Source: Yuukianura sp. NJ FZ-2021 (lineage: Eukaryota). Taken from it: a stretch of 64,000 nt of DNA. Shown here in pieces: positions 11,782 to 24,200 of this stretch (positions are counted from its first letter, which is position 1; every line of letters begins with the position of its first letter). The DNA is taken from contig CM102284.1 in assembly GCA_046563655.1 (NCBI GenBank), positions 7,130,001-7,194,000 of the forward strand. The letters run 5' to 3'. The notes below the pieces were generated by a model, which was given only the letters and a program-made list of their open reading frames with translations, made no database searches and was not told the origin of the DNA. The translations under genes and the position numbers were made by a program.

Positions 11782-14700
11782 TTAGGTGTCCTTGTGTACG
11801 ACAGCATTGAAGGTCAAGTCATTCTTGATCCAAAGCACGACTTCCAAGTCTTCCTCGACACGTTCGGTAGGATCCAGCTGAAACAAATATAGGTAATTCT
11901 CGTACAGAGTTAGAAAATAACGAAAAACTACTTCGTAGCCGGTCTTAAAAAAATTACGAATAACGTCTGGCTTTAAAGCTTACAAACTCCAGTTGCATAG
12001 GTTCATTAATATATTCCGAAACGTCTCCAGTTACTTCCATGCCTTCAACCGGTTGTAACTTAGGCACCTTCACGTTCAATCCAAGGACAGGAACCTGCCA
12101 AAAAACGAAACCGGAAAATCGGTGCTAATATTGAATTTGAAATTGAAATAAAATATGTCCGAATGCTTTCAACCGGTTGTAAAGTTAGTAAAGCACTTAC
12201 AGCGATGATACTGGCATTCGGAATATACAAATTCTCGAATTTGTGCTCCGCCTTGTCACCGAAGTCAATGAATTCAAGCAACGCAGTTTTCGCAGCGATG
12301 TTGACGCTCCTCACAACTCCTCGGTAATATTCCCCATCGTATGGACCCAACAGCACCTCGCCCACAATTGGAACTTCGCTAGGCTTCAATTTGTCACCTT
12401 GAAAACAAGGAACGAAACAGTTAAAACAATTTTAATTAAACTAGGATTTCTCCTGACAGAAATTGAATAAACGAGTCTTACAAGTTTGATATTGTCCAGC
12501 AATAAGGGCCTGGAGTATGGGTCCTTGCTCTTCATGATCAGCTCCAACGAGTAGGTAGCGCGTAGTATTCCAAGTAAAAGCAATGAAAAGCTCCAAGTTC
12601 TGATTGATGTTTTCAGAGTAAGAAAGGTCCTTCAGCATATACTTCACCCGAGGAAGAGGAGCTGCAGCTTCAGATGGAACAGGAGTTTTAGCTCTAGTTA
12701 CCGCTGGTCGTGAACCAGTGAATCGGGCAGACGTAGGAGTTGCCGTTGTAGACGTTACTCCACTCTTTGTCACAGGCGCAGGAGTAGCGGGTGACTTTGG
12801 CATCGTCAGTTCAGCAGCTTGAGCCTCAATTGGAGTTGGAGGAGCTGGAGCTGGGCTTGGTGGTTCGGCAGAAACCGTTACCACTGGCACTACGACTGGA
12901 GATGCTGCTACAGGCGCTGCTGGAGGACTGGGCTCAGGGGCCTTCACAACAGTTGGTGGGGGTGTTGGTACGACCGGCACCGCTACAGGTTGTACTTTCT
13001 CGACAACTGTCTTCACTGGTTCATGGACGACTTGAAACGTTCCATTACCCACATAGCTTCCAAGTTGAACCACGTACTGTCCCGCAGCAACCTGAAAAAA
13101 AGACAAGTAAATTGTTAGAGCATAGGTTTTTATATTTTACGAGAATTTTGAATGAAGATAATTGTGAAGAGAAGGTATGATCCTAGTAGTTCAGTAATCA
13201 CGTAATGCATATTTTTGTTTACCTCGCATATAGGTGTAACTGGTAGACGTTCGTCCTCGAATAGCTCTTTCAGCTTTGCTTCCGAAAACAGCTTCGACAA
13301 AACAGCGTCCCAACGGCAGTGAGAGATGAGTCGAGGGACAGGGGCAAGAACGCTTGGGAGTTCAAAGAGTAACTCCATTCCAACGGGTTCGATGTTGCCG
13401 AAGTCTGAGAAGAAGATATCTACCTGATTGGTCTGGCCTACCGTACGTCCAAGAATCTCTCCACGATAAAAATCACCACAGAACGGGCCCAAGCATAGCG
13501 TATGGGTGTCAAACTTTCGGAGTTTAACGACAGTTCCATCCGCGACGAAAGCAGCTATCTGTTCCGCCATAAGATTTGCAGCTTTATGAATATGATGTCC
13601 TTGGACGAAGAAATCACCAGGACCGTTCGCGAAAGTGCGAACAACCTGAAATCAATGAGGAATAATAAATATAACGATTAACAGCGCTATTTACGGATCA
13701 CGTTCAAATCAGCGCGAAACTCACATATTTAGGCTAAACTTACCACAGAAGGCACTCCAATTTCCAGAGGCGTCCACTGAAGGGCTGTCGTCAATCCTGC
13801 AAGAAGAGTATCCGGCTTGACTTGTATTACTTTCTTTTCAGCTGGAGCAGTTAGAACTGGCTCGATTTTTGCCGCAGGTGCAACAGGGTCTTGCTTTGGA
13901 ACAGGAGCCTCTTGAACTTTCGGAACTTTTTCCTTTACGGCCAATTCAGCGAGGGAATCTCTGGCTGCTTCAAGTACTGCTGCTGTCGCTGTCGGCACTG
14001 GCTCCTTTGCTTTGGTCGGTTGTTGTTTGACAGCATTAGCAGGAGTTGTTGAGACGATCGGAAGGTTGGTGTCCTTATCCTTTCCCTTATCAACAATATC
14101 CACATTTTCCTAAGGTTCAAATAAGAAAATTAAAAAAGCGTTTGAGCCGAGCGAAATAAGCTAAACAAAAGTGATCCATATATCTTTGCAATAATCAGAA
14201 AATTCAAGTCATGAAGGTTGAAGCCAATTTTCTCTCTTTGAAATCTCCCTTGGATTACAAAAACGAAAACCTGACTTACCCACTCAGCGTCATCATCCCC
14301 AACGGCAAATGGATTTTTGTCTTTCTTTCCATAACTTGATCCGCCACGCCGATCACGATCTGATCCACCGCCGATTGAACTTCCAGGTCCACTCCCACCA
14401 CGGCTTCCACTATTTCGATCACGATTTCCATATCCAGTATTATTTGAGCCATTGTTGTAGTTCCCTGGTCGGCGGTCCATTTCTGATCTGTTGTTGCTTA
14501 TGCCATTGGCGCGTCCCATGGACCTACTGTCTCCAGATCCCCCTCTGCTCTGTCCTTGTTCTCGATCTCGAGACTGGAAGTTTCGAGGACCATTCTGGTA
14601 GTCATTGGCAAGCGACATCGAAGAGCTAAATGAGCCTCTCAGTGCATCCTGTTGCATTGGAGGCACTCCAAAACCACCGTATTGGGCTGGTGATATTCCC

Positions 14701-15954
14701 GTTAGTTGTTGGCTGGAATTGGGCATCCCAGACAGGAGTGGAGGAGTCGGAAGTAACGAGGCCGATAGCTGAGGCTTGATGTCTTCCTTCTCTTGGATAC
14801 TAAAACAACATGATTGAAATGTACGTAAACTCGACATTTTTTGCATCAAACAAGATTTTATAAATGGATTTGATCGGCTAATCGGCTTTCGACATTTTAA
14901 TGTACTTACGTTGGAAGACATCCAGCATGTTCGTCCATACATGACGCAGCGCAGAAAACTAATTCTTTTTTGGTCCTACTTTGATAACCGAAGTGCTGAT
15001 GGCACCCTGCGCATTCTAGGCTCCTAAAGTTCTTCAAAAGATCATCAGGACTCAATTTGGAAACCATGTTTGTTGGGATCTTCCTACTGTCTTTCTGTTG
15101 GTTGGTTCCAAGATGTGTGGATGATCTGAAATCATAAAGAAAATGTAAATTAAAAAAACAAGAGAACAAGACGGTTCAACATCAACTTATCATAAACCAA
15201 CCACCAAAAACCTGGAAATCATAAACCTGGCTTATAATTACAGACTCTTTCTACGCTTAGGTATAATTTCAATTGGCAGTAGCAATTGAAGAACAACAAC
15301 CCCCAATTGAATACCTTAGGAGCAAAATATGTAAAAAACGAACATTCGAACGAAAGTGTACATATGCTAATTAGTCGCATTTGCCGCAAAACCTGACTGC
15401 TTTAACAACTTTGAACTTTACCCTTGGTGCTGTTGATTTAGTTGCATGTTGTTTTGCAAGTAGCTCTGATTCTGATAGTTCGGTGGAACGGAATTTGGCC
15501 TAACATTATTAGAGGACACTGATCCAGAAGCTAGTTTTGAGGTCGAGGCTGACCTAGATCCAGTTACCCCTAAACCTGGTGACGTGTAACTGTCATAAAC
15601 CGATTGTCTGGGCACAAGATTCGTTTCGTCACTTTGGTACCCTTGTTGAAACTTTTGCATATTAGCGGAACTAGGGTATTGTTGTGGATGCATCTGCATC
15701 CGTTGTGACTGCATGACAGTACCCAGTAGCTGTTGGATTTGATCAACACTACCCTGTTCCTGCTGCTGACGAGCATTAGTTGCATACGACACAGGCGAAG
15801 TACTGTTGTAATTAGTTGAACGATATTGGTTCTGGTTCTGCTGACGACTATTTGACCTGTTGTTTGTCTGATCGGATCTCCCTTGACCTCCTTGATGAGA
15901 ACGACCTCCAGAAGATGACCCTTCCGAACCTCTCTTTTTCTGCTGGTTGTACAT
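11782..15954 (-). CDS. Tudor-domain protein (~1023 aa): Q/N/S-rich N-terminus, degenerate MYND/FCS-like Cys cluster, RG-rich region, two extended Tudor domains; TDRD1/Vreteno-like
   Basis: Nine GT-AG exons join in frame (3072 nt): 15954-15422, 15125-14910, 14799-14280, 14109-13744, 13645-13223, 13091-12482, 12397-12201, 12094-11984, 11877-11782. Tudor cores are LCLGPFCGDFYRGEI...IFFSDFGNIEPV and VLLGPYDGEYYRGVV...LEFIDFGDKAEH; the Cys cluster is CAGC-x16-CAASCMDEHAGC. Orthology not established. Confidence 0.85.
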
Positions 15955-16018
15955 TATAAGTTGAACTTAAAAAACTTCAACAATCGAAATACTCTTACTT
16001 TGTATTCAATTGCTGAAC

Positions 16019-16024
16019 GACTGA
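16019..16024 (-). promoter_or_regulatory. Candidate initiator (TCAGTC) of the Tudor gene
   Basis: Arthropod Inr consensus TCAGTY about 65-70 nt upstream of the ATG at 15954, with no intervening ATG seen. Confidence 0.45.
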
Positions 16025-16214
16025 CTACCCCAGTCCCAATTCCTCCAAGCAAAGCAAGCTAAACTCTCGAAATAGATGTTGAAAAAGCTTCTTTTGTTTT
16101 GATGGTTGAAGAGAGCGCGTTCTTTCTAGAGGGGTGAGATTGACAGAACGGTGTAGTGTAACCTACGTTTATAAGTTTGTATGGTTAATGGTTATAGTAA
16201 AGTTCCAATTTGAA

Positions 16215-16350
16215 ATTTTTTACGATTGACATGACCCCTGACAGCCCAAAGAATGACCTATACACTACAAAAATTATTCGGGTTGACGAGGAGATCATTT
16301 TTTGTCCTGTGACCTATGACCCAGTGACCAGCCCAACCCCTGATGTCGAT
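16215..16350. mobile_element. Older degenerate fragment related to the adjacent foldback element
   Basis: CCTGACAGCCCAAAGAATGACCTATACACTACAAAAATTATTCGGGTTGACGAGGAGATCATTTTT resembles CCTGACAACCTCAAAAATGACCCCTACGAAAGTTGTCGAGGTCAATGAGACGATCATTTTG at about 16448-16508. Confidence 0.55.
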
Positions 16351-16379
16351 GTGTTAAATCCAGTTGAAGGTTTCATCCC

Positions 16380-16753
16380 GGTTGGATACTAGCAAACGGG
16401 GCCCAGATGAAAAATTTTCTAAGTCCAGAAAATTTGACCCGGCGTCTCCTGACAACCTCAAAAATGACCCCTACGAAAGTTGTCGAGGTCAATGAGACGA
16501 TCATTTTGACATATCACACACGACTCTGTGACCACCGGTTTGGACTACAGGTCAAAGGTTAGGTTTTTAGAAAACCTAACCTTTGACCTCAACAGATGGT
16601 CATATAGCCAACTGTGATATGTCAAAATGATTGTCTCATCACACTGAACAATTTTTGTAGAGGTCATTTTTGAGGTTGTCAGGAGACGCCGGGTCAAATT
16701 TTTTGGACTTAGAAAATTTTTCATTTTTGCGCCCCGTTTGGTAGTATCCAACC
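16380..16753. mobile_element. 374-bp foldback MITE with 9-bp target-site duplication (Mutator/FB-like)
   Basis: The whole element is an imperfect palindrome, GGTTGGATACTAsCAAACGGGGC...GCCCCGTTTGGTAGTATCCAACC, centred on AGGTCAAAGGTTAGGTTTT/AAAACCTAACCTTTGACCT. Flanks TTTCATCCC (16371-16379) and TTTCGTCCC (16754-16762) match at 8/9. Confidence 0.85.
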
Positions 16754-18275
16754 TTTCGTCCCGATTTCCGGACTTTTCAAAAACCTAACCTATATAGCCT
16801 CTGGCAGTACTAAAAAGAGCAAAAACTTACGAAATCAACAGCTAAGAAACGATGTGCGTCGTAATTTTACGAATCCGTAGCCTTCTTTTGTCCGAAAAAC
16901 CGAAATTGATAGAAGGAAGGAAGGAACGTCCTATACTTCCAATGGTCACCACAACACTGACTGACAATGAATGGCGGGAGGAAGAGCAGTGCATGTGCTG
17001 CTGGTGCTTGCGGGTGGCCTTCTACTAGAAGAAGAATAAGATTCTGAACCAAAACGATAGAACAACGACAGTTGAAAGTTGATTGGTTGGAGAGCCTATG
17101 CTGCTGCAACATGAACTCTCCACACACCACCCACCTTACTAATCGTAGCATAATCGAATGGATTGGAATTCCTTCCATTCATTGAAATCATGCATGAATT
17201 TATGCGTAGAAATCTAAAGACGCTCAGCTAAAAGAAAAATTAACCAAAGATTTTAACCAAATTGCATCTAAAAGTTTTGCAGAGAAGCGGAATGAAGAAT
17301 TTGTTTTTGCAAGGCGTTCAACCAATTACATTTGGGAATTTAGTGGAACTCTTCCCACTCTTTACTAATTAACCTATATTTGATATGCAATTTTTATTAA
17401 TTCGAAATAATTATTCTCTGCATGATAATTATTAGAATTATAGCGCTTGTTAATACTTGCGTAATTACTAGTAGTTAAAAGTTACAACACATTTTTGGTT
17501 AATTTAGAACATGAAAATTGTCGTTTTTTTACACCTCTTGCTAATGCTACTAAACACTACTACGGTACTTTTCAAACATAAATCTTAGCAAACTAAATTA
17601 CGATATAAAACTGTAGAAACACTGAAAAACAACATAACATGATTATTCTCCCCCTAAATGACTAATTTCTGAGCCGCTTCGAGCTCCTTCTGAATTGTAA
17701 AATATAAAAAGTTGTTATTTCATAAGTTAGAATTATTTATGGCATTAAAATTTCCTTTAAATTATAAATTGTAAAATGAAACTTTCATGGGTTGAGGAAT
17801 ATCACAAAATAGTTTGAAAAACATAACCTTTACAGGATTAAAAAACAAACCAAACGTTAGTTATTGTCTTCAAATCGAAGGATTTGCGTTTTTCGGAAGT
17901 TGACAATTTTTCAAAAATCGAAAGATTTTGTAAATATTTGAACACACTATTTGTTTTAGATGCAAGCGGCTTGGGATATTCTTAGAGATCAGAGAGCGGA
18001 AGGATAAAAATTCATCATTACAAGTTGCTAATTAAAACCATCAATGTGAATTGAATTGATACTTCTCATCAGTTATACCAAAATTAATTTAAAAAACTAA
18101 AAACAATTATTAGCTCAACATCACTTTTAGAAATCAGTCTTAGAAAAATATAGGATTTCCCTTGTTAGATTTTGTGTAGTAGTTTTGTAGTTTTGTACAT
18201 GTAAGTACAAAGTTAACGATAATGGCCAAAGCTGCCCCGTTGAAAGGATTATGAATCATAAATGGCTGAAATTTC

Positions 18276-21200
18276 TTATGTGTACTGCTCATATGCCAAA
18301 TATTCCAGAGCAGATCTGTAACAAAACTCATACTGGTCCTAGAAAAAGTTCGAATAGTTTAGCAAAAATGAATCAAAGGATCAAAGTACAAACTCTAATG
18401 AAATATTTGTTAGAAAAAAGATGAATTACCTCTGTCTGTACCATTGCAGGTCTCTGCGTCCTAAGAATCCTAACAGTTTGGAACAAATCAATGAGATCTT
18501 CAGCCTGGATTCGGGCTAAAACGATGCTAAGGGCAATGAACACTCCAGTTTTCCCAACACCACCACTACAGTGGACTGTAATCGGCCCTTCTTGTCCAAA
18601 CTGCTCTTTCGTTTTATGAACTTGACCAATGAAGTCTATGAAGCCTTCTGAGGATTTAGGAACTCCTGGAATTTCCAAAATTTTGTAAATTTCAACATTA
18701 GTTTTTAAAATTTTGCAAGATTAAGGTCAATTTGGTCTTTACCTTGTTCTGGCCACTCTGAAAATTGGAATTGCCGAATTGTCCTTGACTGCCCGTCTCT
18801 AGCGTCGGTTATCTAAACAATAATTTCACGTTGGACTAAAAAACTAGACCACTTAAAGGTTGTATCTTTGTCTCTGTTGATATGATTCGAGATGGTTTAC
18901 CTTAAACTCCCGCAAAGTATACTGCGGCAAATTATACTCCGCAATTGGATCCACCACAAAACACTGGTATCGCTGAGAGCGATCGTTCGGCCAGTACAAG
19001 CAGCACTTGTCCTAAATCACACAAAATTCGTGTCAAGCAGCGGCAAGTAGTAAAACTAAAATATTTTGCTCACCTTCCCCAATTCTCTAAGCTTCGTGAG
19101 CATAACAACAATGTTAGAATTATGCTCCCAGAGCATTCGCCAAAAGTCTTCCACAGTTTCTGGAAGGGGACCCTGCGTAGCAATATAAGCAGCTCGATCC
19201 TTGTATCCGTCCACAAATGAAGCATTGATGTAATCGGATCCCTCGATTCCACGAATTGGTTGAAGGCAAACGCGTGTCACTTCAAAGGGAAGAATATTCA
19301 CAAGGCGATTCTTCCTTTGGTTGCAAGGCAGATTTGCGGTCACAAATCGATTAGAATCGATCTTCATATTTGATAATTTCTGCAAAACATAAACCATTGT
19401 AATAAGAAATTCAAACGAAACGCATTAGGAGTTTAACCACCAAAACGATTACCTTGAATTCAATATCCAGTCCACTGTACGTTTCTCCTGGATGAAGCGT
19501 CGTCAATATGTCAATGTGAATTTGGAGCTTGTCAGCAGGGACTTCCGTGTTTCCACAAATGATTGCTTCTAAAATTGCATCGTGTATAAAAATGTACTGG
19601 TCCTCAGTTTGAACCTGCAAATCGAAATTGGATAAGTTAATTGACTTACTTTTTTTCTAATTAAATATGCTCGTTCTCTCACCATATAATTCCGTTGTGC
19701 GCGTAGGCATGTAACGTGACCATAAATGTCAATTGTATTGTCGTATTTGATGCGTTCTAGCATCGAATCAATAACAACAAAGCAACCCGTGCGTCCCACT
19801 CCAGCAGAACAATGAACAATCATCGGCCCACAGTCTGGTGGGTTTAGAGCTTTCACTCTTCGGAGGAACATTAGGAAGGGGGCGGGATGATCCGGAACGC
19901 CTAAAAATACAACAATAGAGTTAACATGGCTAGTTGATTTTGACAAATTGAGTATTCGATTTTTCGTGTCAACGATGTGCTTACCATGGTCAGGCCAAGC
20001 AGTGAACAGTAGTTGTTTAATTTCTCTCGTTTGTTGCATTCCGGGCTAGAATTGAAAAATTTTGTGCAAAGTTTCCGTACTCATGCGTCAATTTCTGTAT
20101 AACCTTTTGAAAACTTTCTCTTACGGATATTCTTCGAACAAGGAAGCTTCGAATACAATAAGTGGCTAGTTCTTGTACTTCTCGTAGGGTTACTGTAATG
20201 TCACCGTACGTTTCTGACCCACGAGTTGGCCAGTACTGGTCACATTTCACTCGTGCTCTTTCTTCAAGTCGGGTCATCATTACGATCGTAGCAGTGTTAA
20301 CTTCCCAACACATTCTCCAGAAATCTGCAAAGGTTTCTGGAAGTGGCCCCTGAAAGTTGTCAATGCATCAATAAACGCCAGTACTTTCAATAGTAAACTT
20401 CCTACAAAAAGTAAAATCTCTTACCTGAGTTGCAATGTAGGCGTTCTGTCTTCTGTATCCGTCGCAGTAGTTTGCGTTGATGTAGTCTGAGCCAAGGATA
20501 TTGTCAATTGGTTGAAGAACAACTCGGGAGTGGTCATAAGCGACGACATTTGCATAGCGATTCTTGGGTTTGTTGACTTCGACGTTGGAACTTTCCCAAG
20601 TAAACTGCTGACCAGCATCAATACTTTCGTATTCCTGTGAAAACAGGTGGTTATCATTCGCTTTGAGTATTTCTATACGAGCTGCCAATTCGGGAATCAG
20701 GATTGGTGGGTGTTGCATCATTGCCTGAAATCGAAAATAAACAGGATCAAAATCATGAACCAAACATTCAGTTGTTTTCATTTTCAGTGAGACTGAAAAC
20801 CTAAAAAAATCTAAAGACATACCGGGGATTTGTAGTTCAAGCGTCTCATTTCGACTGGGTCGCTTGGGCTATCGTGACAACCTGGAAATTGGAGTAATAC
20901 AGTATGACGTACTAATAACAACTGTTACATTTAATTACAACAAGAATCGCGCCAATTCCTTACCAATTAATCCATCGGGACCAATGGAATGCATTCCAAG
21001 ACTTGACGTGATGTACCCTGTGGGCAGCATAATGTCACCACCTTCAGTCGCTGTCATCAATGGTTTCATCACACCGGACTGATCTAAATGCTTGTGAGTA
21101 ATTCTGCGTCTATATACACAATAATTCAACAGAAATGAAAATATTATTTCCAGTTTCTTCTCTCATTTCTGAATTTGGCAGTACTAAAACATTAAAACCT

Positions 21201-24200
21201 TACATTTTGACAAGCTTACCGTTTCAGAAGGAAGCACAAGAGCATACAACAGGCTGCAAAAACGACTGCAATGACAGGAGCCACAACCCACAGCATTCCT
21301 GGTTCCGCAACTTGTGTCTTTATAGAGATTTCATGATGATTCTGCGTCAGATCATTGGCTGGCCGAGTCGGAGGTTCACAAGCATGAGCTTCAGGCATGT
21401 TCAAGGAAATCGGATCCGAAAATGGACTTGACGTGTAAAGATGCTGCAAACAAAATATTAAGTTTTAAAACTGAATAAATTAGCAATGATGAGCTTCTGA
21501 TTCGTGTCAAGGAATGCTTACTTTTTGAGGTGTATCGACGACAGCTCTCAGAAAAATTCTATATCTTGCATTCTTCTCCAAGTGTTTATTGTCATATCCG
21601 TTGTAATTCAATCCATCTCCAAGGGTAAACTGCCGCGGAATCGCTCTCGGAAGGAATCTGGCAGCGATATAGGGCTGAACGAACACTTCATCTTCATCGT
21701 CACCAGAATAGTGTCTTCCGGCTGATGACACGACTCTTGTTGGAATGCCCGGAATACCAGCCATCTGAAAAAAATCAGTAAATTTCGTACTATCAACCAC
21801 AGCGCAACAGGTGATTCAACCTTTTGATGGACGTTTCACATGAAAATTATTATTTTCACTTACATTTTCAATTATGAAGTAATCGGGATACTTTTCCTCC
21901 AAATTTTTAGAATCAGGAACAACAACCAAATAGTAGTGAGAAATTGGGCCATACTCTTCAGACGCATGTGGAAGATACAGATTTACTTTTCCTTGGAAGC
22001 AAACGTCCGGTTTTACCATTGGCTGTGGAGCAGCCATTTGTGTCGTAACTGTGATTTTGGCTGGTGGTCGATATGAGTTATCCGAGGGAACGGCCGTGAC
22101 ACTAAAAATAATCAAAAGTTATTCCCAGAATTCGAAAATTCGAAACCACTTTGGTATAAACTCTTACTTGACATTGTAGGTTGTAAAGGGCGACAAGCCT
22201 TCAACAAGTAGTGACTCCTTGTCGGGCGACACCCTCTGCTCCTTCGATCTAGGCTTAAAGTACTGCGTCTGAGTAATTCCATCAGAGTCGACAAACTCCT
22301 TCATGGCATCATACGTAATCTGAGAGGTCAACAAGTCATTGAAAGTGCAGTGAAAGTGAATGGAGAAAGTCAATAACGAAGGAACTGAAAGCACTCAGGA
22401 CTTACTCTGTACTCAATGGGGTTGAGGCGTACGGGTCTAGCCCACTTGAGTAGCATGCTGTGTGTACTTAGATCTTCAGCTGTCAACTGGAGCGGAACCT
22501 GAATTTAACCATAAGGATTTAGACAGGAAACAGTCAACCGTTTCACAATTTGCTGCAAAAAACCAACTTACCTCTTCTGGCTTGAGCTTAACAATTACTT
22601 TCTCAGAAACTCTGCCCAGTCCTGACTTGGTCTTGGCACACACAATCACTGTATACTGAGAATGTTTTTCTAGGTTGATCAGATCCGCTGATTCTGTCAC
22701 TCCAACGGACGTACTTTGCCAAGTATCCAAATCTTCAATGGCCGTCGTCGTATAAAAAACTTGGTAACCAATTAGTCTTCCTCTCGCTGGAACTCCGTTC
22801 CACCAAACCTATCGAAAAACATGAATCAGTATTAGCTTCAAAGCACCAAAGTCAAATCAGTCTCAGTTTTGCATCATGTTTCGACATACCTCTACTGTTG
22901 AATCCGACGTCGGCATTGCTTGAACATGAGTTGGCGCCCGTGTCATTTCTTTCTCAGTCTTGATTGCATATTTTTCACTTAGCGGTCCACGTCCTTGACT
23001 TGTCGACGCTGAAATCTGGACCCAGTACTCTTGATTTTCTTCCAGTGACCAAAACACAGCTTTCGTCACAGTGACGTTTCGCTCAACAGAGTCTCCCAAC
23101 TTCCTATGAAATGTGATATGATATCGCAGGATTTGTCCATTTCTATGTTCAGGTACTGGAGGGTCCCACGTCACCGCAACAACATCCGTTGTCTGGAACT
23201 TCACAGCAATGTTCATTGGTGGACCTGACGGAACGCCTTCTGGAGTCGTATAATATTGAACTGCTTCTTGGCCATATCCCACGTGATTTTTAGCAGATAC
23301 TCGGAACTCATACGCCACTCCCAATTCTGCAACATAAAATTCATTATTGCCAATTTCCACAGTAGTTTGTGTGATAGTCCATCGTTCTGTGAACTAAAAG
23401 TTTCTAATTACCAAGTTTCTGGATTTTGTGCTGCAAAACTTGACCTCCTTCCAGCAGGATTTCTTGAAGTGGTCCAGACTTTGTTCCGTATTTGAGTCTA
23501 TAGCCTCTCAATTCTCCAAACGTTTGTAACGGCCGACTCCATTCCAATTCCATCGTCACACTTCCGTCTGCTCCAATTACTCTAAACATTGGCACAAAAA
23601 AGCAGAAATTAGTCAGTCACTCAATCAAAATCTTTGAAAAACGACTTGAATTTTGAAAGTTTTCATCAGTCTTACTTCAATCTAAGATCCGGTTTGGACG
23701 GAACACCGCCCGGCGTCCGAATAATAACTTTCTTGGACCGTTCTCCGTCTCCTTTTCGTGTCAGCGCAGCGACTTGAACTGCGTAGCGCGTATCCGGCTG
23801 GAGATCAGTTATGTTATAGTCTCTTGCATTTCCGTCCAACACATCATATCGAAGTGGATGATTCAAAAGAGTGTCAGTTCCCTCTTCCGTCAGTTCCTGA
23901 GCATGCAGTTGGTAGCCTCGAATGACTCCATGTTTTTCATTCTGATTCGGTGCTTCCCATCGGACACGAAGAGTCGTCGAGTTGATAGCCAAGGCTGAAA
24001 CGTTCTGTGGTTCACCCGGTACTACGGTGAAGGAGTATTCAAGAAATCAATTAGAAACGGATCACTTCATCAAAAACCAAAAACTTAATTAAAAAAAGCA
24101 TTCTTTTAAGAGAAATCCAATTAAATCAAGCTATTCACAAGAAGAGAAAAAAGTTTCCCATCACATGCAATAAGTTTCCCCTGTCCCTCGATTTTTTTTG

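Noticed and set aside
16867-17178. 103-aa minus-strand ORF and a short Cys-rich plus-strand ORF between Lar and the foldback element
   Set aside because: No recognisable domain, signal peptide, promoter or splice structure.
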